Source: the human T2T-CHM13v2.0 reference genome, Homo sapiens. From it: a stretch of DNA of 64,000 nucleotides. Position numbers and translations under genes: made by a program. The stretch lies in assembly GCF_009914755.1 (NCBI RefSeq), contig NC_060947.1. One strand, 5' to 3'. Below the pieces are notes generated by a model. It saw nothing but the letters and a program-made list of their open reading frames with translations, ran no database searches and was not told the origin of the DNA. Below, in pieces: positions 13,475-29,349 of this stretch (positions are counted from its first letter, which is position 1; each line of letters starts with the position of its first letter).

Positions 13475-14728
13475 TTCTTTCTTTCTTTCTTTTTTGTAAA
13501 ATTTTACTTTAAGTTCTGGGATACATGTGCAGAATGCGCAGGTTTGTTACATAGGTATACACGTGCCATGGTGGTTTGCTGCACCCATCAACCCGTCATC
13601 TACGTTAGGTATTTCTCCTAATGCTATCCCTCCCCTAGCCCCCCACCCCCCGATAGGCCCCAGTGTGTGATGTTCCTCTCCCTGTGTCCATGTGTTCTCA
13701 TTGTTCAACTCCCACTTATGAATGAGAACATGTGGTGTTTTGTTTTCTTTCCTGTGTTAGTTTGCTGAGAATGATGGTTTCCAGCTTCATCCATGTCCCT
13801 GCAAAGGACATGAACTCATCCTTTTTTATGACTGCATAGCATTCCACGGTGAATATGTGCCACATTTTCTTAATCCAGTCTCACATTGATGGGCATTTGG
13901 GTTGGTTCCAAGTCTTTGCTATTGTGAATAGTGCTGCAATAAACATAGGTGTACATGTGTCTTTATAGTAGAATGATTTATAATCCTTTGGCTGTATACC
14001 CAGTAATGGGATTGCTGGGTCAAATGGTATTTCTGGTTCTAGATCCTTGAGGAATTACCACGCCATCTTCCACAATGGTTGAACTAGTTTACACTCCCAC
14101 CAACAGTGTAAAAGTGTTCCTACTTCTCCACATCCTCTCCAGCATCTGTTGTTTCATGACTTTTTAATGATCACCATTCTAACTGGTGTGAGATGGTATC
14201 TCATTGTGGTTTCGATTTGCATTTCTCTAATGACCAGCGATGATGAGCTTTTTTTTCATATGTTTGTTGGCCACATAAATGTCTTCTTTTGAGGAGTGTC
14301 TGTTCATATACGTCACCCACTTTTTGATGGGCTTGTTTGTTTTTTTCTTGCAAATTTGTTGAAGTTCCTTGTAGATTCTGGATATTAGCCCTTTGTCAGA
14401 TGGATAGATTGCAAAATTTTTCTCCCATTCTGCAGGTTGCCTGTTCACTCTGATGACAGTTTCTTTTGCTGTGCAGAAGCTCTTTAGTTTAATTAGATCC
14501 CGTTTGTCAATTTTGGCTTTTGTTGCCATTGCTTTTGGTGTTTTAGTCATGAAGTCTTTGCCCATGCCTATGTCCTGAATGGTATTGCCTAGGTTTTCTT
14601 CTAGGGTTTTTATGGTTTTAGTTCTTACATTTAAGTCTTTAATCCATCTTGAGTTAATTTTTGTATAAGGTATAAGGAAGGGGTCCAATTTCCATTTTCT
14701 GCATATGGCTAGACAGTTTTCCCAACAC
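13475..14728 (-). mobile_element. L1PA7/8-like, 3' UTR and ORF2 C-terminus
   Basis: 3' UTR tttaagttctgggatacatgtgcagaa; ORF 14227-14688 is L1 ORF2 ([20 protein letters not shown]); ends abruptly at 14728. Confidence 0.95.
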
Positions 14729-16900
14729 TACATAGGCCCAGAAATACAGAAGATTGAAAGAGCAGCCAAACTGTCTTGGTAACATTACATGGATGACATT
14801 ATTCAAATTGGATAGACTAAGGAATACATACTGTCTGTCTTAAGTAGGTAGATTGATACCTGAGTAAACAGAACTTGAAGATTAACTCTATATGAAGTGG
14901 GGGCCAGCCACTGAAGTATAGTTTTTGGAAACCATGTTGGTTGATGTCCAAAAACAATCCATGAATTTGTTCAAGAAAAACTGACAGACTAAAAGCCTCC
15001 AGGAAATCATATTTTGCACCACTTATGATAAACTTGTTTAGTATAGGTGTACTTTATACCTCACATAGGGATCTTGCTCAGACCATTGTACAACTTATCT
15101 TTAAGTACATCTAATTTGACCATGAACCTATCTTAGAAACTCTCTAGGCAGCTATGTAAGTCCACTTTTCTACTCAGATCATTCTTTATGCAGTATTTTT
15201 AAGAAAGTTGTCAGTGAATGATACTGATACAGACTGGAGCCTGAAGCAAAAAATGTGGCCATTAGAAAGTAGAACCTTTTGAGTTTTGTTCTTCATGTAT
15301 GACTGAAACCACTACCTCATGTGCCCCATTTGAGAGATTTGTTAGTGGGTGTTATTGTACATTGAGCAAGTAATGAAGCAAGATCAGGTGTAATATGACT
15401 TGAGTTTTCTATCACACAAGGGTACCATATGTGAACACCAACAAAGTAGATATTACCCAAGGAATATCCATTTGTAAGTGAAAGTGGCCTATCAAAGGAA
15501 TGCATAAACAAGGCATTAATGATTTCTCAGAGGCATAAGAAAAAATGTCCATTTGCTCTCCAGATGTGGCTGTCTCAGATACAAGAACTTTGCCCAGCAC
15601 CTTGGCTTTCTTGGTGGCTTTGGTACACCCAGTGTCCCAAGGATGCCTGGGTGTGATTTGTGGACTTATCAGCTAAGTTTAAGACAGAAGGATTTGTGAG
15701 TTGTGGAAGCTCTACAACCCCCAAGAAAACTGCTTACATCTATGTGTGGAAAGGGACATTCTTCTCAGTAGTTGGAGTTACAGGCTGTGGTGCTTGCCCT
15801 GGAAATTACTTCTCAAAATGCACCTTCTTACCTTTCGATTAATTCCCAGGCATGTGTCCATTTGGTGAAAGTGTGGACTGTTGCTTGGATGCAGGAAGCC
15901 TGATCAAGACTCAGGCTTAGAAAATATTATCAACCAGTATCATAAGACGCACAACTTCTACTCATTCACCATGTGAATTGCATGGATAAGGAGCTTTTGA
16001 GGATGAAATCCAAAGGAATCAGCAAGCTGATCAGACATGTTCTGGCCAGGTTAGTACCAAACAATCTGGATAAAGTATGCAACAAAGCATGAGAATCCAA
16101 CTTCAATTCAGGATCTGGCACCAAAACAACACCTACTGATTCCATCCCATGAGGCCAAGGAAACCTGGAGATGCTAGCTATATATCTAGTGGAGGGTGGA
16201 ATCTCCTCTTCGGATAAGCAGAAATACCAGACTTGGTACCCTAACCTTCTTTCAAGGATACTGCTGGCCAAGGATGCAGTAGATACCTTTATAAAGAATA
16301 GTATTGACATCCTCATTTCCATAGCAAGTGGAAGCAACATACCAGAACTCTTATTTGGACTGTGTCTTATTATTTGTATTCAGCAACCACATTCAATGAG
16401 ACAATGATGACACTTTCACAGGAAGAGTTATCCAGTAGTGAGAGGCTTCATGGGACTTTTGGTGGATGCAACCATGTGCCACATCAGTCACCAACATCAG
16501 GGACCATTGAGAAATGGCCTGGATTCTTAGAGAAGAGACTGAATAAAATAGGAGAACAAACCAGACTAACGTCCCAGTGGAGCATAGGCTAAGAAGGCAA
16601 ATTTGGACGCTAAATGTGGCATTTCCCCAGCCAGTACTTTCCATTTAAATAGAATGTTTTATTGTGAGGCAGAGGAGGGGTTGAGGATGCCCAGAGTCAG
16701 GATGGGATGGAAATGCATATCTCATTGACATATCCCTTCAAAATCTCCCTCTTCCTTCTTCTACCCAAATGTTTTATAACCCAGAGGTGGGTGATGGGCT
16801 AATGTCTGCTTAACCATTTTTGGTCAAGGTTTTGAGAAGATAGCTGAGAACCACGCTTTAAAATTTGGGGTACTGGGAATGTATTATTTTGTCTTTTGTA
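14729..16900 (+). pseudogene. pol: Decayed ERVL-class (class III ERV) internal pol fragment: RT, RNase H, integrase; no LTRs
   Basis: H-Y-M-D-D-I at 14783-14800 (RT YxDD); GKGHSSQ*LELQAVVLAL at 15748-15801 (RNase H); HVPHQSPTSGTIEKWPGFL in ORF 16362-16592 (integrase); many stops and frameshifts; right boundary approximate. Confidence 0.85.
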
Positions 16901-17005
16901 CCCTCTGGCCAAAGTCTTATATTCTAAGATATATTGCTTTCAGTATCCTGTTTAAAGAAGCCTTCCAGGGATGTGTCTGATCCACAGCATCTTTACTCTC
17001 TACAC

Positions 17006-17327
17006 TCTTTTTTTTTTTTTTTTTTTGAGATGGAGTCTTGCTCTGTTGTGCATACTGAAGTGCAGTGACATGATCTTGGCTCATTACAACCTCCTCCTCC
17101 CAGGTTCAAGTGATTCTCCTGCCTCAGCCTCCCGAGTAGCTAGGACTAAAGCACTAGTATATCCACCTGTAGTGGGTATGCTAATCCTGGCTAATTTTTG
17201 TATTTTCAGTAGAGATGGGGATTCACCACATTGGCCAGCCTGGTCTCAAACTCCTGGCCTCAGATGATTTGCCTGCCTTGGTCTCCCAAAGTGCTGGGAT
17301 TACAGGCATAAGCCACCGCACCCAGCC
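17006..17327 (-). mobile_element. AluS with an internal hairpin replacement
   Basis: Dimeric Alu; decayed TSD tactctctacactctt / tactgtctatgctctt. Confidence 0.93.
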
Positions 17328-17497
17328 TACTGTCTATGCTCTTGTTAGGTAAGCGTTTATTATTTTACCCTTTAGAGTTTCTGCCATAGCTCTTACATGA
17401 GACACATGTAACTTTCAATATCATGTTCAGTGCAGACTTTTAGGTATGTGGCTGACTCACAGACTCATCACTAGCTGCACCCTTAATAGTAGGTATT

Positions 17498-19617
<2,120 letters not shown>

Positions 19618-19784
19618 GAATTATTTCATCTTTGGAGGAAAGGTTAATTAAGTGAGTAATTAACTGGTGGCATTCGAGTGCAAAATTATGGCCCCATAGC
19701 TTTGTTATTTGATGACTGACAAAATAAATGTGCTGCCAGACCAACTACTAAAGTCATTTTAATGACTTTGGATTGATAAAAATA

Positions 19785-20600
19785 ATAACAGTATTTATAA
19801 TAGCTGACATGTATTAAGTGATTACTAAGATATAGGCTATGTTCTAAGTGTTTTATTCATATTAATTTATCTAATTCTCACAGCAAGCTTATGTGGATTT
19901 TTTCTCTTTTTTTTTTACATATGAAGAGATAATAAACCATTTTCCTAATATACTAGTTTTCTGTTGCTGCTTAACAAATTACTACAAACTTAGCAGTTAA
20001 ATGCAACACATTTTCTATCTCGTAGTTTCTGTGGGGCAGGAGATCTGGCATAGCTTAACTAGTTTCTCTGCTCAGGGTCTCAGAAGGCTGCAATCAAGGT
20101 GTTGGCCAGCTGCATTCTCATCTAGAGGCTCAACTAGGGAAAGATTCACCTCCCAGTGCACTAGTGTTGCTTGCCAAATTCATCAGTTTGCAGTTGTAGG
20201 ACTGAAGTTCACGTTTTACTTGCTGGCTGTTGCTTGGGGTCTGCTCTCAGGTCATAAAGGCCACCTGCAATGCCTTGTCATGTAGTCCTCCCACAACATG
20301 GCAGCTTATTTCTTCAAAGCTAGCAAGAGAGCCTCTTCAGCTTGTGAAGATGGAGTCTTATATAATATAGCCTAAGGAACAGAGTGACATTCCATCAAGG
20401 TTGCCACATTCCACTGGCCAGAAGCAGATCACAGGATCTATCCACACTCAAGGTGAGGGGATTACACAAGGGCATAACTAATTGGTGGTTACTTTAGGGT
20501 GTTTGCCACACCAGAGGACACAGCTAGTAAGTGTCTGAGCTAAGATTCAAATTGATATAGTCTACTTCCAGTATCTAGGCTGTTTACTCTTATGCCATGC
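19785..20600 (-). mobile_element. MIR split by an MLT1 LTR (MIR parts ~19785-19949 and ~20511-20600)
   Basis: taatagctgacatgtattaagtgattacta...ttttacatatgaagag, resuming as cacagctagtaagtgtctgagctaagattcaaa. Confidence 0.6.
19950..20510 (-). mobile_element. MaLR solo LTR, MLT1D/E-like
   Basis: tagttttctgttgctgcttaacaaattactacaaacttagcagttaaa...gaggggattacacaagggcat...tttgccaca. Confidence 0.85.
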
Positions 20601-20671
20601 TACTTGGAAAATATCGTTGCGATATGTGTAGCAATTATAACATCTGTAATGACTATTTACTGAGTCTCCAT

Positions 20672-21198
20672 CTGCATATCTATTGCTGACAAATTGCTGT
20701 GTAACAAATGACTACAAAACTTGGAGGCATGCAATAATAAATATATTTCACATGTCTACTGTATTTATTTCAATCTAAGCTATGCTGTGTTTGGTGATTA
20801 TTCTGATCTCCGCTGACTCTACCATGAATCTGTGGATTGACTAGGGGTGACTTTATGTAGGTTGGGCTCAAGTAGGGTGACTTGGCTTTGTTCCAAGTGT
20901 TTCTTGTCCACTTTCTGGAACAGTTGGCTAGTCTGTGCCTGCTGTTTGCCTGGCAATAGCAAAAGCAAGAGAGAGGAAGCAGACAAACTCAAAGCCTCTT
21001 GAAATCTAGGCTTGGAACTTACACATTGTCATATCTACCTAATTCTTTTCACCCAAACTAGCCACATGGCTGAGCCTGGATCCAATAGGTAGGAAAATAG
21101 ACTTGGTCTCTTTAGAGAGAACTTCAGAGTCACCTGGGCAAAGGGCATGTATATAGAAGGAGGGTAGTGGAAAAATGATGTCATTAATGCAATCTACA
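20672..21198 (-). mobile_element. MaLR solo LTR, MLT1G/H-like
   Basis: tgctgtgtaacaaatgactacaaaacttggaggc...aaactagccacatggctgagcc...ttaatgcaatctaca. Confidence 0.7.
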
Positions 21199-22140
21199 TA
21201 CCTAGATATAATAAAAAATGTCTAGAAGATGCTGAATTTTGTGTAGTTGCTTAGGGTGGATGGATCCAGAAAAAGTATAAAAACACGCATTTATTATTTT
21301 TCAGTAGCAGTTGGCACACTAGTTTTCTAAGCAAACAGAAAATTTATTATTTAGGTAAGACTGTCTTTAGATGTGGAGCAACTCGTATCTGTCCTCAGAC
21401 TGTATTTTGGTGCAAGAATTTTCTATCACTTCTTTGCATGCTATTTAACTTTTATCCTGGAAATTTCAATTTGCTAAATTAGATCTAACTGACTCCAGTT
21501 TCTAGGTCCTTATTGCCAACTGTGTACTGAAATTATATTAACTATTCTTACTTCCTAGTTCCATTAGCTAGAAGAGAGAGAAAAATGTTTGCTCACTACT
21601 TTCCATCTATCTCCCTGTAGTAGAGCAAATCTTTACAGCCAATAAACCTGAAGGGTTGAGCAATAAACTTTAGTGCTCAGACCTCTCATTTTATGGTCTT
21701 GTGGGTAATGTCACTGTCAAAGACCTTTGGACACTATTTTCTCTTTTTCCAAGTACCTGGGTTTAGAAAAATGTGATATTCAGCATCTGCTCACAGAAAG
21801 AAAAAAGTTTATCACCATCAAAATCTCTTGTCAATTTAACATTTAGCAATGTAAGGTGATCCTGAGGGTTGTACAATGTGAGTTTGAGGTTGAGCAAAGA
21901 AAACATATACAGAAAAATGCCCTGACTATTGGAAAAAGAACTAAACCAGAATATCTGGTTTCTTTTCTAACTACCCATGTGGCTAGTTTGGGTGAAAAGA
22001 ATTAGGTAGATATGACAATGTGTAAGTATTTTACACCCAGCTGTGGATGTAAATAGCTATATGATTCTTGGCAAGTCACTCCTTTTTTCAAACCTCAGTT
22101 TCTTCAACTGTGAAAATAGCAGGTTAGAAATGAAGATCTC

Positions 22141-22719
22141 ACTTGTTGACTGATGGGCACTTGGGCTGGTTCCATATTTTTTGCAATTGCGAATTGTGCT
22201 GCTATAAACACGCATGTGCCAGTATCTTTTTAGTATAATGATTTCCTTTCCTCTGGGTAGATACTCAATACTGGGATTACTGGATCAAATGGTAGTTCTA
22301 CTTTCAGTTCTTTAAGGAATCTCCACAGAAATTGTGGTGCATATATATAGAATGGACTACTACTCAGACATAAAAAGGAATGAATTAATGGCATTTACAG
22401 CAACCTGGATGGAACTGGAAACTATTATTCTAAGTAAAATAACTCAGGAATGGAAAACCAAACATCGTGTGCTCTCACTCATAAGTAGGAGCTAAGCTAT
22501 GAGGATGCAAAGACATAAGAATGATACAGTGGACTTTGGGGACTTGGGGAAAAGGGTGGGAGCGGGGTGAGGGATAAAAGACTACAAATTGGGTGCAGTG
22601 TATACTGTTGAGGTGATGCATGCACCAAAATCTCACAAATCACCACTAAAGAACTTACTCAGGTAACCAAATACCACCTGCTCCCCAAAAACCCAGGGAA
22701 ATAAAAAATTTTTTTAAAA
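22141..22719 (+). mobile_element. L1PB1-like 3' end with 5' inversion (22141-22326 inverted)
   Basis: Antisense L1 then sense 3' UTR (gctaagctatgaggatgcaaagacataagaatgatac); TSD agaaat(g/a)aagatctc at 22126-22140 and 22720-22734. Confidence 0.9.
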
Positions 22720-22925
22720 AGAAATAAAGATCTCAAAGTCCCTTCAAGGACTTAAAGGTAAGCTAAATTATTTTCCTCATTTTTTCTGCTCCCCAAAATG
22801 ACTTCTTATTTACCTACACATTAATATTATCTTGGAGTAACTCTCCTTTCTCTCCTCTGTGAAGACTCTCTTCCTTCCAACACATGTGTATTACTGGGTT
22901 GTAAATTTGATTAATACTGTAGACA

Positions 22926-23140
22926 CAGGGTCAGCAAACTACAGCCCAGCGGCCAAATCCAGCAGCCATCTGCTTGTGTAAATAAAGTTTATTGGAACAC
23001 AGCCATGCCCATTAATTTATGTACTAAATATGACTACTTTCATGCCACCATGGCAGAGTTGAATGGCTAGCTGTGACAGAGACTGGCCCACAAAGCCTAA
23101 AATATCTGACCCCTTACATGAAAAGATTGTGGATCCCTAG
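22926..23140 (+). mobile_element. MER58A (hAT-Charlie)
   Basis: cagggtcagcaaactacagccc...aataaagttttattggaacacagccatgccc...gatccctag. Confidence 0.85.
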
Positions 23141-24031
23141 CATAGACAAAAAATTTGACGATGAGGGGAAAAAACACTATTATACAAGACCTTCTTCAGG
23201 ATTATGCCAGTCCGTTTATTAGCAGTTGATTGGTTTAGTTGTATTATCCTTTTACTGGAATGGCCATTTAATTCATTATTTTTCATCTTTGTACAAAGAT
23301 AAATGTGATTACCAAGGGGTTGCTTTGAAGCCAGCAGCCTTTCCCTGATCTTGTCCAGCATCTCACCTCTATAGCACAAGGTAACTTTGGCATTCTTATT
23401 GAATATCTTTTCATCCCGATAGACATACAAGGGTCGTGCTTTTTTTCTTAAACCTGAGGATTAACAGGAAGGCAACTAGAAATACATTAATTGACTGTAC
23501 CAGTCAGAGACACCTATAAATCTGTGAAAGAGCTATGATTGAGAAACTTCCTATCTGCCTCAAATTACCCAGGAAGGCAGCTTGGATAATACATTATTAC
23601 TTTTTGAGAGCAATAATGGGCCAGAGGTATAGTTTGAGATGTGCATCTCATTTCATCCCTTCCCTGTGGCTGACAGATTCCCAGAAAGTCTCCAGAGCAG
23701 CGTATGCAATGGGGCATATTTTTCCATCCATGCTTCAGCTGACTGAGACAGGTGTTAGCCTTCATTGCCGTGTCTCTCCCAACAACAGTGAGCATGTAGC
23801 TCTTTTCCCTCCTTGCCATGCCCTTCTGACTGTGAGTCTGAGATGCCAGAACATGATATGGACTGCTCTGACAAGCCCCTGTGCAGCCAATATCAGGACT
23901 GCAAATGTCTGATGGCTTTAGGCTTGAAACTTCAAACAGGAGCTTCAAAGCAAGGGTTTTGGGGCCATGAATCCACAAAAGGTGATGAGTAAATTTTAAG
24001 TATTATGAGTATTATGACTGTTGAACATTAA

Positions 24032-24339
<308 letters not shown>

Positions 24340-25058
24340 TGAACATTATTTCCTTAAGGGGCAACTATGCCTTTAAGGCAACCTTAGAAGCTCATTGACT
24401 CAGGTTTCTAAGATAAATACCTATTAGAAAACCCCAGGCAGGGGCAGATCCTAATAACTTTAAAGAGTTCAGAATCTTGGGATAACTTTACCCTGAATTT
24501 GGCTGCATGAATTCACTAATTTAATGAGAAAACATCTTCAGAGAATACAGATCTTAATTAACTCTGGGCAGATATACTATATCTCTGGAAAACAGAAAAT
24601 GATTTCAACCATCTTCCCAGCTTGACTGTAAACACCCAGAAGGCAGGGACCACACCATTCTTTTCCACAAACTTTCCTTCAGTGTATACCATGATTTCCA
24701 AAACATAGTAGTTCCTCAGTAAATACACTTAACTTTCACATATTGACTTTAAATTTATACCCCCAAACCTGGCTTCAAAGTAAAAAGTCTTTAAATGAGA
24801 AAACATGTCCACTAATATTAATGTGAAAAACTATGCTGCATCCCATCCCAATTGGAGGAAGCAATTAATGTTTTACAAATAGTAGAATATTTCAACTGAA
24901 CAATAAAAATAAGCTCTTATAAGTAACAAACAACAATTTGAAAGTTAACAAATACTGTTTGACATGAAATATAATAAAAATATATTACATTTGACTAGGA
25001 AGAAGAGAAGTCTTGAGAGTGAGTTGGGGAAGTGGGCAGTGGAGAAGATACATGAGGT

Positions 25059-25483
25059 TGCTATGCTTTAGATGTTTGTCCCCTCCAAACCAGGTGTTAA
25101 AATTTGATTCCCAACATTGGATGCAGGGCCTAATGGGAGGTATTTGGGTTATGGGGGTAGATCTCTCATGAATACATTAATGTCCTCTCTTGAGGATGAG
25201 TGAGTTATCACTCTATTAGTTCCTACAAGAGCTGGTTGTTAAAAAGACCCTGGCCCTTCCACCTCACTCTCTTGATTCCTTTCTTGGCATGTGATCTCTG
25301 CACAAACTGGCACCCCGTTGGAGTTCCCCCATGAGTGAAAGCAGCCTGAGGCCCTCATCAGATGCAGATACTCAATCTTGAACTTTCAAGACATCAGAAT
25401 CATGAGCCAAATAAACCTTTCTTTCTTTACAAATTACTCAGTCCCAGGTATTCCCTTATAGCAACACAAAACAGACTAAGATG
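25059..25483 (+). mobile_element. MaLR solo LTR, MSTB-like
   Basis: tgctatgctttagatgtttgtcccctccaaa...ataaacctttc...tatagcaacacaaaacagactaagat. Confidence 0.88.
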
Positions 25484-27838
25484 GAGGAAGTCATTCTTTA
25501 TAAATTGTATTTTTCTTTCTGCCTAGTTTTCTCCACTAATTTTTCAAACTTTTGGGAGGTCATGGTAATCTTGCACTCAAACCATCCTTAAAAATGTTAC
25601 AGCGTAGAAAACCACCTAAAGGTCAAAATAAGGCTAATTTATGAAAGGAGTTTGAAACATGTGGAAATAACTCGTGCACCCAACAGATTGAAGGAAGGCC
25701 TGTGTGAACAAACAGGTTCCCCTACTGGGGGTATATATGCAAAGGAAAGCATTTGAGTTTATCTCAATAAGTTCCATATTGATTTTTATGACGAGGAAAC
25801 AATTGTTTTGAGTAAATTGTGGAATGTGTATTTTTTTCTGAAATGGAATGTTGATATATTATTTCTTTAGTGTATTTGCTTAGTGGGCTTTGGGGTGAAA
25901 AAGCAGTTACGCGAAAGCAAAAAAAACAAAACAGAGTTATCTAAAAAGTGGAATAACTTTCAAGAACCCTTACGAAGATTATTAACTGATTAACTGACAG
26001 TCACTATGTGAGGTAAGTCTGTATTTGATGATCGATTTAATCCTAATTCTGAACAAACCAGAAGCTGCAAATTGGTCTGAAACTTGAATGGCACTGACCT
26101 CTGTTGATGAACATGCATAGCTCTGTCAAAAACTCACTAACTTCACTTTTGCTGGAACAAAGCCTGAAACCAGTCGATCTGCTGCTTGAAGAGGGAAATG
26201 AGGGCACGGTAGGGAGAAGGGTTGGCTCCAAAGACCCCCACAGCCTAGTCTTTCTACCCTCAGGTCCCATCTGTCTACCCAGATGCCTTTCTCCTTACTT
26301 CCTTCCACTCCTGTGATTCATAGAATTTTTAGTTTTGAAAGCCTCAAAACAGTTTGAAAAAGCAACTTGAATTCTAAAACTTAGTTTAGAGATCTTTAAG
26401 AAAATCGTTCTGTTGGTAAAAAAAAAAATGTATTCAACTTTTTGATTAGAATTTGAAGGTAGATAGATACTCTTATAGGACTTTAACTCTATTTTTACCT
26501 TACATCATAGCTACTAGTTTCAGTATCTTTTCTCCCAAAGTAAATTCAACTCCTTGTGAGAGAAATCCTATTCTTTTTCATTGCATTATCTCCTATGCTT
26601 CACATATATAAGGCATTAAGTGTCTCCTGAAAATATGAATACATAGATGTCACAAAGAGACTGAGAGAAGGCTGATTTTAAAGGTCTTCTACATATTAAC
26701 ACATAAACTCATGTACTTATATGCATGTTGATCTCCCAAAGAATCCAAGAAGTATGTAATCAGTACCCTAAATCATCTGGTTGAGGTGTGTGCTAAAATT
26801 AATGTCAGCTTTTAATTTTAATCGTAGACCATTTTTCTGGTCTCATGACTTCTAAGATACATTCCATGGCTGTGGTTACTGGTACTCTAATGAAATGATT
26901 TTGCAATCTCTGCATTCAGTTATGTATATGTGTATTTGAAACTCTTTGTGGAATCTCATGTAGATATATTTGTTTTCAGGATCCCTTACCTTTACTTTGG
27001 GTGATGACAGCTCATCCTGGGATTCTAGCACTTCTGTCATCTGGAATTATTCTTTAACATAGTTTGTAATTAGCCTTTAGTTTCCAGTCTTTTTGTGGCA
27101 TTGAAATAGACTCAATCATGTCCTTTGCTTCAACTCTTACCCACTTATTAGACTCCATCCTGTAACATTAGAACTGTGCATTAAATGTGGTAATATATAA
27201 AATTTTAACAATCTGAAATTTGCAATATGCTAACCCAAGATCTGCATTCTTAAATGTTTCTTGAATGTTTGGAAGTTATAGGACACATTTAACTTTCATG
27301 TTTGTTTTGTTTTTAAAAAGAAAAAGTTATTTTTGTCACACAAATAGTAATAGATTATATGAACAGACAAACCACGGAGAATCTGAAGTTATAACAAGAA
27401 TCTTCAGGAAACAGGAAGATATATTGATATCTAAATAAAAGCATAACATCCTTTGGTATTCAAAAGGAAGTTGGAATTCTAGAGACTTTTTTTCCTCTTC
27501 AAATGAGAGCTAATAAGAACTGATGACCGAGACAGGTGGTAAAATTAACTAGGCAAACCATCCAATCATACAAGCTGACACAAATCACTTGAATGTACTT
27601 TTCAGGCTCAAAACATGGGCTCTGAAACCCATCAAAATACATTTTACAGATGGTTTGACAGAATGTCATCATGTAGGATGCAAATAGTTTTCTACACTCT
27701 TTCAATACATATTTGGCTTTTGTTTTTTAATTTCATCGTAGATATTTCTCTTAGCTTTTAACTCTACTAACAGGAGGTATAAAAATATATCTGTCTTATA
27801 TATTCCACAGTAGTACCTGGAAAACACATATGCGTGTG

Positions 27839-27841
<3 letters not shown>

Positions 27842-27879
<38 letters not shown>
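27842..27879. repeat. (CA)n microsatellite
   Basis: Direct reading. Confidence 0.97.
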
Positions 27880-27881
<2 letters not shown>

Positions 27882-28455
27882 TTTCTCTTGTTAGAAAGCA
27901 GGTATATTAATGACATTGTGTTTTAAAGTATTTTAATATTGTAATGTTTTTATGAAAGATGTTAGGGAAGCTCTCTCTTGGGGCGAGGAGGGACATGAGA
28001 GAATATTGATTTTACCTTAACATTGCTGGGTCTGATCTAGGCCATCGTCCCCCTCGTAACTAGGGTATGATAGCATTCCTGATTGTTCCCATATACTACC
28101 ATGGAGAAGGTTAGGTGTTGACTCTGGAAGGATCAAAAATCCCATTTTATCTCATACTCGTTACAACTCAAATGTATTTGGGCTGCATTAGGTACAGCCT
28201 GGTCAACTGTCCCACACTTAGGCAGGCTAATCCTCAAAAGATTAAGATTGGATTCCCGTGGGACTATGTGAGTAGAGTTCTCAACATACAGCATCCTTGG
28301 AGAGGGATATCCATATGCTCTTTTGCAGGGACTCATAAGACATTAAGGGACCTGCTTAAGGTTGCTCTGTCAGTAAGGAATGGAATTGGAACTCCAACCT
28401 AATGATTTAATCCATGATATTTTGCCTTTTCCATGACATTACACATGCCTGACAG

Positions 28456-28852
28456 CAGTGGTACGCTGGTAGATGTTTAACAACTGGCTTTTCAAGAGAA
28501 AATAAAAATGCTCTGATTTGTAGTAAATCCTCTCATGATGGCCAACTTTAAACCACCAATATGGCATTATTGTACACAGAATTGGGATGCCCTGCAAAGT
28601 AACATACCATTATATGGTATTTCTACCATACAGATGCAATAAACACAAATAACTTCAAGAACAGGGGTAATAGTAAAGTAATTAGGAAGTGATGCTTTGA
28701 GTATTACCTTTGTTTTTCATAACTTACTTGGTGTTAAGTTTATATAACTTAATTTTTAATAATAGCTATGTTTAACCAGTGGCTTGCAAAATTTCTGAAA
28801 ATTAAACAGTCAGTTCTTGTGAGCCAGTATGAGCCAGTTCCAGTATAGTATG
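28456..28852. mobile_element. MER63-like (hAT-Blackjack)
   Basis: cagtggtacgctggtagatgtttaacaactggc...gagccagtatgagccagttccagtatagtatgg. Confidence 0.75.
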
Positions 28853-29349
28853 GCCTGATATTTGCATGAAGACCAGGGATAATGAATATCAGCATTTTAA
28901 AGATTTCATGTTAAGACTACAACTTACTCACTATATCTTACTTATCTATTTCTGTGCCTGCAAGAGGAAAACTTAAACTATGAAAAAAAAGAAGAATATA
29001 AGCTTCTTTGTGAAACTCTATGAAGGGAAAAATTTGGAAAACTGAGCCAGGTTTTGAAGCCAGGGCTGGAGAGAGAAACTAGGCAGAAACTGGGAGCTGC
29101 CCCAAAATTAGGAAAGAGGTTTAGAGCCTGAAGCAACAAGAAAGAAGGATTTGTGTTCCTGGACAGATTCCCAGAAGAATTTTTTCTCATTGCTGATCAC
29201 CAATGTGTTTTTCCTAGACAACTCACAGATATATATATGCCATTTTAATTTTAGTGCTATAAATTGCTACAGGCCTATTAAAACTTCACTTCCTCTTTTC
29301 CCACTTCCCAAGATGACTCGGAATATTTAATTTCCACAATGTAAAATCT

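Noticed and set aside
14729-16900. Domesticated retroviral gene
   Set aside because: Stops fall inside conserved motifs (e.g. 15769-15771) and there are many frameshifts; no long pol ORF
23535-23978. Overlapping 125-aa and 137-aa ORFs in unique DNA
   Set aside because: No recognisable domain or exon structure; length compatible with chance
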